Positions 28,550 through 37,428 of a DNA stretch of 64,000 bases are shown here, piece by piece. The DNA lies in contig JBFMGS010000003.1 of assembly GCA_040752635.1 (NCBI GenBank), forward strand, positions 27,528 through 91,527. Direction: 5' to 3'. Position 1 is the first letter of the stretch, and each line of letters begins with the position of its first letter. The position numbers were made by a program, and so were the translations under genes. This DNA comes from Bacillota bacterium (GTDB lineage: Bacteria > Bacillota > SHA-98 > UBA4971). The notes under the pieces were generated by a model. The model had not been told where the DNA came from, made no database searches, and saw nothing but the letters and a program-made list of their open reading frames with translations.

Positions 28550-29059
28550 TTAGAGGGCGCGGCGGCGATTCGCAGCGCCCCTGGTGTAGAGGTTGATCCG
28601 CGCGACCCCGCTCAGCGCCAGCGGCGCAATCGCCGCTGAATAGGCTGCTTGACACAGCACCACCCGTAAACTGGCTGGAGACACTGACAGGGGCACCCCG
28701 AACGAGGACAGCAGGAAAAGATGCAGGACTCCTCCGAAAACCCCTCCCAGGAAGACGAGCGCAACCGGCACAACGACGCGGTCTTGAAAAACCTTCTCGT
28801 AGGAGAGACTGGCGGCAAGTCCAGTGATGACTCGTGTCAGTATGAATAAGCCAAGGAACTGCCCTGAAGACACATCCTCAAGCAGTCCGGCGAAAAACCC
28901 GACGAAGCCCGCGTCCTTCGCGCCGCCAAGCATGCCCACGAGGACCACATACACCATGACGATGTCAGGCTTCACACCATGTATCGAAACGTAGGGCGCG
29001 ACCGACGCCTCAACCACCACGGCAAGCCCGGCAATCACGGCAAGGATGAAGTGCTTCAT
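28550..29059 (-). CDS. mreD: Rod shape-determining protein MreD
   Basis: A 169-aa polytopic membrane protein directly downstream of, and overlapping, mreC. Confidence 0.8.
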   Translation of the reverse strand: MKHFILAVIAGLAVVVEASVAPYVSIHGVKPDIVMVYVVLVGMLGGAKDAGFVGFFAGLLEDVSSGQFLGLFILTRVITGLAASLSYEKVFQDRVVVPVALVFLGGVFGGVLHLFLLSSFGVPLSVSPASLRVVLCQAAYSAAIAPLALSGVARINLYTRGAANRRRAL

Positions 29060-29886
29060 GGCTCACGCTCCCCGACGATGACGAGAACCTCCTCCAGCCG
29101 CGAGAAGTCCACGACCGGTCGGAGCTGGGCCGCCTGGCCTACGCCATACTTCCCCGGAAAAACTTTCGAGACCTCGCCGACGACTAGGCCTTTGGGATAT
29201 ACGCCCCCCAGCCCCGATGACAACACCTTATCCCCTACCTGTATATCCGAATCCTGCGCAAGAGATTTCACAAGACACATCCCCGGCGTGCCGGGCGCGC
29301 CCTCGACCAGAACAAGCGCTCTCGTGCGTTGAACCAAACCGCCGACGGCGCTGCGAGGATCGGGGATGAGAAGAACCGTTGCAGTGTGAGGCGTGGCAGC
29401 CAGCACCCTCCCCACAAGCCCCTCACAAGTGATCACAGCCATGTTCTTCTTTACCCCGTGCCGCGTTCCCTTGTTTATGGTCACTGTCCCGAGCCAGTTA
29501 CCCGGATCGCGCGCAATGATCTCCGCCGCGACAGTAATGTGAGGAGAGTCCGCCTGGAAGTCAAGCAGGCGCCGCAGCCGGTCATTCTGCAGCCTGTATT
29601 CCTCGAGCCGGGCGTTTTCCGCAAGCAATCGCGATACCTCAAGGTAAAGGCGGTCGTTCTCACGGATGAGATGCCCGAGGTGCGTTATGGTGCGCCACAC
29701 CCCGCTGACCCCGCTGGCTGCCCGGAACAACACCGCCTCCACAGGCGCGAGGACCTCGCGGATTGCGCACTCCACTGGCGAGAGCTTCTCCCGCTCCCTG
29801 GACGTGATGAAAAGAAGCGATATCAGTAGCAACGCCGCTACAGCCAGAAACGCGCCATGGGCTTTGCGAGGGGATTCGTGATGCAC
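29056..29886 (-). CDS. mreC: Rod shape-determining protein MreC
   Basis: An N-terminal TM segment plus coiled coil (ENDRLYLEVSRLLAENARLEEYRLQNDRL), then beta-barrel domains (GLVGRV..., GGVYPKGLVVGEV). Confidence 0.9.
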   Translation of the reverse strand: MHHESPRKAHGAFLAVAALLLISLLFITSREREKLSPVECAIREVLAPVEAVLFRAASGVSGVWRTITHLGHLIRENDRLYLEVSRLLAENARLEEYRLQNDRLRRLLDFQADSPHITVAAEIIARDPGNWLGTVTINKGTRHGVKKNMAVITCEGLVGRVLAATPHTATVLLIPDPRSAVGGLVQRTRALVLVEGAPGTPGMCLVKSLAQDSDIQVGDKVLSSGLGGVYPKGLVVGEVSKVFPGKYGVGQAAQLRPVVDFSRLEEVLVIVGEREP

Positions 29887-29907
29887 GGGTATTCCACCAC
29901 CGCGAGC

Positions 29908-30957
29908 TTATCTTCTTTGCCCGATCCTGGACGAACTGGTAAGCATCCGTTGGTACCGATCCATCCCTTCGAGAGCCCTGCCGGCGCCTCTCACCACACA
30001 CGTCAACGGATCGTCTGCGCGGTGTACCGGCATTCCAGTCGCTTCGGCGAGCACCGCCTCGATACCTTCGAGGAGCGAGCCTCCACCCGAGAGCACGATT
30101 CCTTTGTCGATAATATCCGCGGATAGCTCAGGCGGCGTCTTCTCAAGCGTGAGCTTCACCGCCTCGACTATCGCCACGAGCGGCTCCTGAAGAGCCTGCT
30201 GGACCTCGCGCGCCGAGACACGCACGGTCTTTGGCAGCCCGCTCACCATGTCGCGTCCTTTCACTTCAACGGTCTCCTCGGGGTCTTTCGGACATGCCGA
30301 GCCGACTAGCCTCTTTACTTCTTCGGCAGTCTTGGTTCCTATGATGAGGTTATACACTTTCTTGACGTGCTGCACTATGGCCTCGTCCATCTCGTCCCCG
30401 GCTATCCTGATCGACCTTGACGCGACGATCCCGCCGAGGGATATCACAGCTATCTCGGTTGTTCCCCCGCCGATGTCCACCACCATATTGCCGGAAGGCT
30501 CGAACACGGGCAAACCAGCTCCAACAGCCGCTGCCAACGGCTCCTCGATGAGGTAGGCCTCGCGTGCGCCAGCCTGAAGAGCAGCGTCAACGACTGCCCG
30601 CCTCTCCACCTCGGTTACCCCCGACGGAACGCCAACAAGCACCCGGGGCCGGACGACCCCACTGCCCCTGTGCGCTTTAACAATGAAGTGACGAAGCATC
30701 ATCTCCGTAACGTCGAAATCTGCGATCACGCCGTCCTTGAGCGGGCGGACTACGACTATGTTTCCAGGTGTCCTGCCGACCATGCGATTGGCCTCAGCCC
30801 CGACCTCGAGGATTGCTCCTGTATCTTTGCGGATGGCCACCACCGATGGTTCCTGGAGCACAATCCCCTTTCCTTTTACGTAGACAAGGGAGTTGGCGGT
30901 GCCAAGGTCGATGGCGAGGTCCTTTGAAAAGAAGGCAAGGATAGGATCGAAAATCAC
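29908..30957 (-). CDS. mreB: Rod shape-determining actin homolog MreB
   Basis: FSKDLAIDLGTANSLVYVKGKGIVL..PSVVA... I prefer the GTG at 30957 (preceded by GGAAGGGAG) over the ORF-track ATG at 30984. Confidence 0.95.
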   Translation of the reverse strand: MIFDPILAFFSKDLAIDLGTANSLVYVKGKGIVLQEPSVVAIRKDTGAILEVGAEANRMVGRTPGNIVVVRPLKDGVIADFDVTEMMLRHFIVKAHRGSGVVRPRVLVGVPSGVTEVERRAVVDAALQAGAREAYLIEEPLAAAVGAGLPVFEPSGNMVVDIGGGTTEIAVISLGGIVASRSIRIAGDEMDEAIVQHVKKVYNLIIGTKTAEEVKRLVGSACPKDPEETVEVKGRDMVSGLPKTVRVSAREVQQALQEPLVAIVEAVKLTLEKTPPELSADIIDKGIVLSGGGSLLEGIEAVLAEATGMPVHRADDPLTCVVRGAGRALEGMDRYQRMLTSSSRIGQRR

Positions 30958-31003
30958 AGCTCTTATTCTCCCTTCCGGCAGCATCAGCGCAAAGCTCTCT
31001 TCT

Positions 31004-31723
31004 TCAAGAGTGCACTGGCGACGGCCCGCGCGCAGGATCGCTTCCTGCCGCTGCGACCATGAGGCCCAGCTCCTTGAGGCTCGAGTATCTGTTATCTCCC
31101 ACGATTATGTGATCAAGAACGTCTATGCCGAGGATGAGGCCCGAGCTTGCGAGTCGCTGAGTAATGGCGATATCGTCGTAGCTCGGCGTAGGATCTCCGC
31201 TCGGGTGGTTATGGACCATGATGACGCGGGCTGAGTTTCTCCTAAGACATTCCTTGAACACTTCCCTCGGATGGACGAGAGAGCTGTCAAGGCAGCCAAC
31301 GGACACGGTCACGATGTCGATCACCCGGTGCTTGGCGTTGAGGAGCACCACCTTGAAGTGCTCCTTATCGAGGTAACGCATCTCTCCCATGAGGAGATCT
31401 GCCACGTCGCCCGGCCCGTTTATCTGAACGAGATCGGTCGGTTCTAGCATAACAGCCCTCTTGCCCAGCTCAATAGCGGCTTTCAGTTGGACGGCTTTCG
31501 CGGGCCCGATACCCCTGTGGCTCGCAAGATCCTGGGTAGACGCGGAGGCGATGCCGCGAAGCCCGCCGAAGAATTGCAGGACCGCGTTCGCGAGGGACAG
31601 GGCGGTTTGGCCCTGCACCCCGGTACGCAGGACTATGGATATAAGCTCAGTCGAGGAAAGCGCCTCGGGCCCCACGCGAAGGAGCCGCTCCCGGGGCCTA
31701 TCTCCCGCCGGTATGTCCCTCAT
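31004..31723 (-). CDS. radC: RadC-family JAMM protein
   Basis: MRDIPAGDRPRERLLRVGPEALSSTELISIVLRTG..., with the C-terminal JAMM motif VIMVHNHPSGDPTPS.DD. The ATG at 31723 is preferred over 31774. Confidence 0.85.
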   Translation of the reverse strand: MRDIPAGDRPRERLLRVGPEALSSTELISIVLRTGVQGQTALSLANAVLQFFGGLRGIASASTQDLASHRGIGPAKAVQLKAAIELGKRAVMLEPTDLVQINGPGDVADLLMGEMRYLDKEHFKVVLLNAKHRVIDIVTVSVGCLDSSLVHPREVFKECLRRNSARVIMVHNHPSGDPTPSYDDIAITQRLASSGLILGIDVLDHIIVGDNRYSSLKELGLMVAAAGSDPARGPSPVHS

Positions 31724-32369
31724 GGTGAACGAAGGGGACGAGTAAACAGTCAACACCAACACCAACCCTGGCAAATAAATCCCTGAGCCGGGCGATGGGA
31801 AGACCCACCACGTTGAAATAGCAGCCGACTATTCTGTCCACCAGCAGCGCACCGCGGCCCTGGATCGCGTATGCGCCGGCCTTCCCCAGCGGCTCGCCGG
31901 TGCTAACGTATTTATCTATGATCTCAGGGGTGAGCTTCGTCATGCGGACATGAGTGACCTCATGACAGGCGGCTTCGCGTCCGGACGCCGCGTCCAGTAC
32001 CGCGAGCCCGCTTATGACCCGGTGCCATCGACCCGACATGCGCCTAAGCATGCCGCGGGCATCCTCCGCATCTGCCGGCTTTCCAAGCACCACTCCATCC
32101 AGCATGATCACGGTGTCAGCCGCTATGACAACCGCGTCCCGCTCCGTGCGCGTCACATGGCGCGCCTTGGCAAGCGCGAGCGCCTCAATATCTTTTGCCA
32201 GATCATCCCCCGGACCAATGTCCTCGGCAATTCCGCTCGGGACGACATCGAATCGTAGCCCGATCTGCCTTAGTAGATCGGCCCGCGCAGGCGACGACGA
32301 TGCAAGCACGAATCGCAATCTTTCACTTCCTCGGGACGTAAGCGTGCGTGGCGCGGGCCCGCCCTCCAA
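31698..32369 (-). CDS. maf: Maf-family nucleoside triphosphate pyrophosphatase
   Basis: LVLASSSPARADLLRQIGL.F.V.PS...E......AD TVI..DG...GKP......A..ML...SG..H.V.SG...GKAGAYAIQG. Confidence 0.85.
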   Translation of the reverse strand: MEGGPAPRTLTSRGSERLRFVLASSSPARADLLRQIGLRFDVVPSGIAEDIGPGDDLAKDIEALALAKARHVTRTERDAVVIAADTVIMLDGVVLGKPADAEDARGMLRRMSGRWHRVISGLAVLDAASGREAACHEVTHVRMTKLTPEIIDKYVSTGEPLGKAGAYAIQGRGALLVDRIVGCYFNVVGLPIARLRDLFARVGVGVDCLLVPFVHHEGHTGGR

Positions 32370-32371
32370 GA

Positions 32372-33493
32372 TTAACGCCCTGGAAAGCCCGCTGAAAAGC
32401 TCAGGTTCCCGTCGGCGCCCACAACCATGGCAAAGACCCCGTCAAGGCTCTCCGCGACCTTAAGCCCTTTTTCCGGGCCTAGAACAAAGACGGCGGTCGA
32501 AAGCATGTCGGCGTCGCAGGAGTTCTTGGCAATCACCGTGGCGCTCCGCGCAAGGCTAGCGGGCTTCCCCGTCGATGGGTCGAAGATGTGGTGGTAGCGT
32601 TGCCCGTTGTCCACAAAGAACCTCTCATAGTCCCCCGACGTGACAACTGCCGCATCCTTCACAACGATCACCGGGCCGATGGTGTCCGCGGGGTTCTCCC
32701 CGCGCGGGTCTCTTATCCCGATGCGCCAGGGCTTGCCATCCGGGCGGGTGCCCACAGCCGCTATGTTCCCGCCAGCATCTATAAGGGCATGTTGGATTCC
32801 ATGGTCACGGAGGACCGTAGCGGCTCTGTCCGCCGCATAACCCTTGGCGATGCCCCCAAGGTCAATGGACATCCCGGGCAGGGGGAGCCTCACCGTCTTG
32901 CCCTCGGGGTTTAGCTCGAGAGCACGCCAGTTCACCAGGGACAAAGCTCTGGCAAGCGTCGGCGCGTCAGGCACATGGGGCTTGTCAGTCCCAAAGCCCC
33001 ACGCGTCCACTACTGGGCCTATGGTGATGTCGAATGCGCCACCGGAAAGCTCAGAGCACTTCAGCGCCCTGTCAAGAAGCATGAAAGTCTCGTCGCTCAC
33101 CTGCACCGGGTCGCCGCCGGCTCCCTGGTTTATGCGGGAAACGTCGCTGGTTGCGACGAACCTGCTTGTCAAGGCCTCGACCCGCCGCATTTCGTCAAAC
33201 GCGGCACCGACGGCCTGCCTGGCCCCAGGGCCGACCGCGCGGATGCTCACATACGTATCCATGAGGAACTGGCTCTCCACGTATTCCGCATCTTCGCCGC
33301 CGGCTGCCTCATCAGCTCCTTGGGTGCTCTCGCCGCGCCCTGCGCGGGCGATATCTAGGGGCCAGGGTAGCACCCCGGACTTTATGAGCACATACCCTGT
33401 GATGAGAAGGGCGAGCATGAGAAGAACGAGGACAAGGGCCCAGCGTCTCCCCGTCCCCCTGCCCCTCCGCTTTCGCCCGTACTCCCACTTCAA
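32372..33493 (-). CDS. apbE: FAD:protein FMN transferase ApbE (lipoprotein/membrane-anchored)
   Basis: LMDTYVSIRA...FDITIGP.VD.WGF...IDLGGIAKGYAADR...GGNI...G..P.G.PWRIGI.P...V.TSGDYERFF...G.RYHHI.DP.TG.P. Confidence 0.85.
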   Translation of the reverse strand: MKWEYGRKRRGRGTGRRWALVLVLLMLALLITGYVLIKSGVLPWPLDIARAGRGESTQGADEAAGGEDAEYVESQFLMDTYVSIRAVGPGARQAVGAAFDEMRRVEALTSRFVATSDVSRINQGAGGDPVQVSDETFMLLDRALKCSELSGGAFDITIGPVVDAWGFGTDKPHVPDAPTLARALSLVNWRALELNPEGKTVRLPLPGMSIDLGGIAKGYAADRAATVLRDHGIQHALIDAGGNIAAVGTRPDGKPWRIGIRDPRGENPADTIGPVIVVKDAAVVTSGDYERFFVDNGQRYHHIFDPSTGKPASLARSATVIAKNSCDADMLSTAVFVLGPEKGLKVAESLDGVFAMVVGADGNLSFSAGFPGR

Positions 33494-33675
33494 CAGCTTC
33501 CACCCCCTGACAGACTTCTCGCACCAAGTGTATCACGTCTCCTAAACCCTGACAAGCAGCCATTTGGGCTAACCATTTTGCGGCAAGGCTCGCAAGTGCG
33601 TTGCTATCTTTGATTGCCGCACTTATATGTTCGTGAACATTGGTAATCCTAAGTACGAGCATTTCCTGAAGGAGC

Positions 33676-33912
33676 GTGGGCACAGTGGGAAGGAAAAAGA
33701 ACAACGACCGCCTGAGAACGACAAGGGCACTCGACCGGATGAAGTGGGAGACCGCGGAGCAACTCGGCCTCAACGATGACATGAGGGACGCGGACGAGCT
33801 AAGCGTCAGGGAGGCCGGGCGGGTTGGCGGCCAGATGGTAAAGAGACTCGTCAAAAAAGGCGAGCAGGCCATCGCGAAGGAGAGCGCGAGGAAACCCGAG
33901 AAGAATCTCTAG
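33676..33912 (+). CDS. Alpha/beta-type small acid-soluble spore protein
   Basis: ALDRMKWETAEQLGL...SVREAGRVGGQMVKRLVKKGEQ matches the SASP alpha/beta signature (..K.E.A.E.G........G.VGG.M.KRLV). The start may be the GTG at 33685. Confidence 0.85.
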   Translation: MGTVGRKKNNDRLRTTRALDRMKWETAEQLGLNDDMRDADELSVREAGRVGGQMVKRLVKKGEQAIAKESARKPEKNL

Positions 33913-33916
33913 CAAG

Positions 33917-34660
33917 CTATGATGTCGCCGCAAGGAATGTGTCGATGGCCGAAAGGAGATCCGGCAGATCCTGGTCCAGGGTGACCAGGTGGCCCGAGTT
34001 CCGGAGCATCACAAGTCTTTTCTCTCTTGACCCAAGATGCTTCAGGATGAAATCGGCGCTTTTCGGGTCCACGGTGTTGTCCCGTTCGCCTTGAACCACG
34101 AGGGCCGGGGCGGTAATGCTCGGAAGCTCGCGCCGGACCCGGCGGATGAGTGCAAGCAAGTGCGGCACACAGGCGGTGGGTGTCCGGTCGTAGCTCCAGA
34201 GGTCGTCTCTAAACTTCTCGGAAGGCGCGGACTTTGCCGTGAAGCGCGAGAAATGCTGGAGCAACGGGGCCAGCAAGACAGCGCGCTTCTTGACGTAGAT
34301 CGGCGCGCACATTGACACGACACCCTGAACAGGCCTGGTGGCGGCGATGTGCAGAGCAAGAAGCCCGCCCATGGAAAGGCCTATAACATACACCGTACGG
34401 GTCATGCCCGCAAGGAGCCGGTAGCCCGCCTCCGCGCTGGCGACCCAATCGCGCCAGCCTGTTCTCTCCATGTCCTCAGGGCAAGTCCCGTGGCCCGCAA
34501 GCAGCGGCGCATGGATCGTGTGGCCCTGGCCGTGGAGATGCTTTGCTATCAGGTGCATCTCCGCCGGCGACCCGGTAAACCCATGTATCACGAGGCACCC
34601 TACAGGCCCGCCCGTCAGGAGATACGGGTCGGGCCTGCCCCTTTCAAGGTGGTCCTTCAT
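33917..34660 (-). CDS. Alpha/beta-hydrolase carboxylesterase / monoacylglycerol-lipase-like protein
   Basis: HGFTGSPAEM and the nucleophile elbow GLSMGG, in a ~247-aa protein of the Est/YvaK type. Confidence 0.75.
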   Translation of the reverse strand: MKDHLERGRPDPYLLTGGPVGCLVIHGFTGSPAEMHLIAKHLHGQGHTIHAPLLAGHGTCPEDMERTGWRDWVASAEAGYRLLAGMTRTVYVIGLSMGGLLALHIAATRPVQGVVSMCAPIYVKKRAVLLAPLLQHFSRFTAKSAPSEKFRDDLWSYDRTPTACVPHLLALIRRVRRELPSITAPALVVQGERDNTVDPKSADFILKHLGSREKRLVMLRNSGHLVTLDQDLPDLLSAIDTFLAATS

Positions 34661-34701
34661 GCCATCTTCGTCCTTCGTACAACCACTGTCTCAGTAGTCT
34701 T

Positions 34702-35550
34702 TCACTCGGTACACAAAACTATACCCTGCTCCGCTTGGGGTTGCCGGTGATTGCACGACCCCCTCATCACGATGCACTTCGTCGGGCACTTCTCGACGCA
34801 CTTGCCGCACGCGTCGCACTTCGTCGGGTCGATGACTGCGAGGTTGTTCTCCATGGCGATTGCCTGAGCCGGGCAAACCTTCACGCACAGCCCGCAGCCG
34901 ATGCACCCGATCTTGCACGTCTTGCGCACCTCGGCGCCCCTCGACAGCGATTTGCAGAGCACGGTCACCCGCTGGGACATGGGCACGAGTTCTATGATGC
35001 CCCTCGGGCAGGCCGAAACGCACCTGCCGCAGGCGGTGCACTCCTCCTCATCAACGACGGGGAGACCGTCAGGCCCCATGTAGAGCGCATCGAAGGCGCA
35101 CGCGGAAACGCACGAACCCAGACCGAGACACCCGTACGTACACGCCTTCGGACCGCCCCCCACGAGGTTGGCCGCCTTGCAGTCAGTAAGCCCGTCATAG
35201 GCGAACCTCGAGCCACATTTGTCGGGACTGCCCTGGCAAAAGACCCGGGCCACCTTCCGCTCTCTTGCCGCGCCGACTTCCACACCCATGATCGCGGCGA
35301 CCTTTGCCGCCACCGGGGACCCGCCGACCGGGCACGCATCGACCGGCGCCTTGCCGGCGACTATCGCGCCTGCAAGCCCGCTGCACCCGGGATATCCGCA
35401 ACCGCCGCAGTTGGCCCCCGGTAAAACCCCGGTGATCATGTCCTGCCTGGGATCCTGTTCTATCGCAAACTTCTTCGCGGCGAGCGCAAGCGCGAGGCCA
35501 AACACCGCCCCCATCAGCCCAAGGCTAAGTATTGCTTTAGCGTAGATCAT
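34702..35550 (-). CDS. rnfB: Rnf complex subunit B (polyferredoxin)
   Basis: An N-terminal TM segment, a CGGCGYPGC cluster, and several CxxCxxCxxxCP motifs. The last ~20 codons (..SCNHRQPQAEQGIVLCTE) are encoded by a repeat copy. Confidence 0.85.
   Translation of the reverse strand: MIYAKAILSLGLMGAVFGLALALAAKKFAIEQDPRQDMITGVLPGANCGGCGYPGCSGLAGAIVAGKAPVDACPVGGSPVAAKVAAIMGVEVGAARERKVARVFCQGSPDKCGSRFAYDGLTDCKAANLVGGGPKACTYGCLGLGSCVSACAFDALYMGPDGLPVVDEEECTACGRCVSACPRGIIELVPMSQRVTVLCKSLSRGAEVRKTCKIGCIGCGLCVKVCPAQAIAMENNLAVIDPTKCDACGKCVEKCPTKCIVMRGSCNHRQPQAEQGIVLCTE
34747..34773 (+). repeat. Short copy of the GGGGTTGCCGGTG element (GGGGTTGCCGGTGATTGCACGACCCCC) inside the 3' end of rnfB
   Basis: It matches the GGTTGCCGGTGATTGCATGAC arm of the long copies. 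The preceding CTCCGCTT resembles the TCCCACTT flank of the other copies. Confidence 0.7.
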
Positions 35551-35574
35551 TCTTTACCCACCTCGCAAGAGACC

Positions 35575-36174
35575 CTACATGACGCCGAAAAGCTCTTTCA
35601 GTCTGAATCCGACAAACCCCAGGAATGCGACGGACATAAGCCCCGCTGTGATCAAGGCCATCGGGAAACCTTTCAGAGACTCCGGTATCGGCGCCAGGTC
35701 CATCCGCTCCCGGATCGCCGCAAAGAGAATTATAGCCATGGTAAACCCCGACGCACCGGCAATGCCATTTATGGCAGCCTCGAGCACATTGTACTTCTCG
35801 GTTATGTTCAGTATGGACACGCCCAGCACCGCGCAGTTGGTCGTGATGAGCGGCAGGTAAATGCCAAGCGCCCGGTAAAGCGCGGGGCTCACCTTTTGAA
35901 TAACCATTTCGACCAATTGCACCAGGGCAGCGATGACGAGGATAAAGGCAATGGTCTGGAGGTACTCAACCCCCAGGGGCACCAGAATGAGGGCCCGGAC
36001 GAGCCAGGTAACGACCGACGCCACCCCCATCACGAATATGACTGCCATCCCCATCCCGGTGGCGGTCTCGATTTGCTTCGACACGCCTATGAACGGGCAT
36101 ATCCCGAGAAACCTCGACAGGATGAAGTTGTTGAGAAGCACCCCGCCGAAGAATATGACCAGTATCTCTCCCAC
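35575..36174 (-). CDS. rnfA: Rnf complex subunit A
   Basis: A 199-aa polytopic protein: ...NNFILSRFLGICPF.GVS... (RnfA/NqrE family). Confidence 0.9.
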   Translation of the reverse strand: MGEILVIFFGGVLLNNFILSRFLGICPFIGVSKQIETATGMGMAVIFVMGVASVVTWLVRALILVPLGVEYLQTIAFILVIAALVQLVEMVIQKVSPALYRALGIYLPLITTNCAVLGVSILNITEKYNVLEAAINGIAGASGFTMAIILFAAIRERMDLAPIPESLKGFPMALITAGLMSVAFLGFVGFRLKELFGVM

Positions 36175-36209
36175 GAAGCTCCCTCCCCATCTCGTTCCTG
36201 TGCGAAAGC

Positions 36210-36836
36210 CTATGCGCGCGCCTTCTTCTTCCTACCGGTCACAGAGTTCAGAAGGCCAATGAGGAGCCCCAGGGTGATAAACCCCCCCGGAGGCAGGATG
36301 ACCATGACCGCCGCCAGGCTCCGGTCGAAGATCTTAAAACCCGGGAACCCGAAGTCCGGCACAGCAAGCAGCGTGCCGGTCCCCAGTAGCTCCCTTACGG
36401 CGCTCAAACCCACGAGCGCCAGCGTAAAGCCGAGGCCCATGCCGACCCCGTCGGCAAGGGAGTACAGCACCCCGTTCTTGGACGCAAACGCTTCCGCTCT
36501 TGCCAGGATGATGCAGTTAACCACGATGAGCGGGATGAAGATCCCGAGCACCTCATGGAGCTTCGGCACGAAAGCCGCCATGATAAGGTCCACCATGGTC
36601 ACGAACGATGCAATGACCACGATGAAGCAAGGAATCCGGATCTTCGACGGTATCACGTTTCTCAGCATCGACACGATGACGTTGGAGCCGATGAGAACGA
36701 AAGTGGCCGCGATCCCCATTCCTATGCCGTTGGAGATGGCGAGGCTTACCGCCATGGTAGGGCACATCCCCAGGAGGATCCTAAATGTAGGATTTTCTTT
36801 GACAAGACCCTTGGTAAGCTCGGATGTGAAGCTCAT
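36210..36836 (-). CDS. rnfE: Rnf complex subunit E
   Basis: ENPTFRILLGMCPTMAV (RnfE/NqrD family). The ATG at 36836 overlaps the rnfG stop; the ORF-track start at 36902 is a spurious extension. Confidence 0.9.
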   Translation of the reverse strand: MSFTSELTKGLVKENPTFRILLGMCPTMAVSLAISNGIGMGIAATFVLIGSNVIVSMLRNVIPSKIRIPCFIVVIASFVTMVDLIMAAFVPKLHEVLGIFIPLIVVNCIILARAEAFASKNGVLYSLADGVGMGLGFTLALVGLSAVRELLGTGTLLAVPDFGFPGFKIFDRSLAAVMVILPPGGFITLGLLIGLLNSVTGRKKKARA

Positions 36837-36837
36837 T

Positions 36838-37428
36838 TCACCACGTTCCCCCCTTCCTGGCACGTTCGAACAGGCGAAGCGCCTGGTCCACGGCGCTCGC
36901 AATCGCTCTGGACGAGATCGTCGCCCCGGTGATCGCCTGGATCTGGCCGCCGTCCTTCGTCACCTTCACCGGGGTACCAGCCTGCACTCCGACAAACCTC
37001 CTCTGGAACTCGGGGTTCGTCACGTTCGCGCCTAGCCCGGGAGTCTCGGCATGCTTCACAACTGTAATCCCGGTCACGACGCCGTCGCGAGAGACGCCCA
37101 CCACGGTTTCGACGGGTCCGCCGTAGCCCGTCGGGGCGCAGGCAAATGCCACACCGACAAGGCCGTCGTCAGCGTAACCTGCGTAGACCCGGTTGATCGC
37201 AGGAAACTCGGGCTTTCCTCCGCTGGCCGTCCTGAGCGCGGTAATCTTATCTGTTTCATCTTTGAACTCCTGTGCGCCAGGGACGACGCTCGCAAGCGCC
37301 CTTTCCAGGCGCAGGGCGGCCTGCGCTGCAATGCGTTCCTCGGTTATGTCGTTTACGAGCGCAAGCGCGCCGGCGGCGACTGCACATATGGCAAAGAGAA
37401 TGAATCCCAGCTTCAGAACGTCACGCAA
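36838..37428 (-). CDS. rnfG: Rnf complex subunit G (FMN-binding)
   Basis: An N-terminal TM segment, with the FMN attachment motif region ITGATISSRA near the C-terminus. Confidence 0.85.
   Translation of the reverse strand: MRDVLKLGFILFAICAVAAGALALVNDITEERIAAQAALRLERALASVVPGAQEFKDETDKITALRTASGGKPEFPAINRVYAGYADDGLVGVAFACAPTGYGGPVETVVGVSRDGVVTGITVVKHAETPGLGANVTNPEFQRRFVGVQAGTPVKVTKDGGQIQAITGATISSRAIASAVDQALRLFERARKGGTW

Noticed and set aside
33494-33675. A sigma-G/sigma-F forespore promoter upstream of the SASP gene.
   Set aside because: One is expected biologically, but I could not find a convincing GNATR-N17/18-CATNNTA match in the 180-nt AT-richer spacer. Reporting coordinates would be guesswork.
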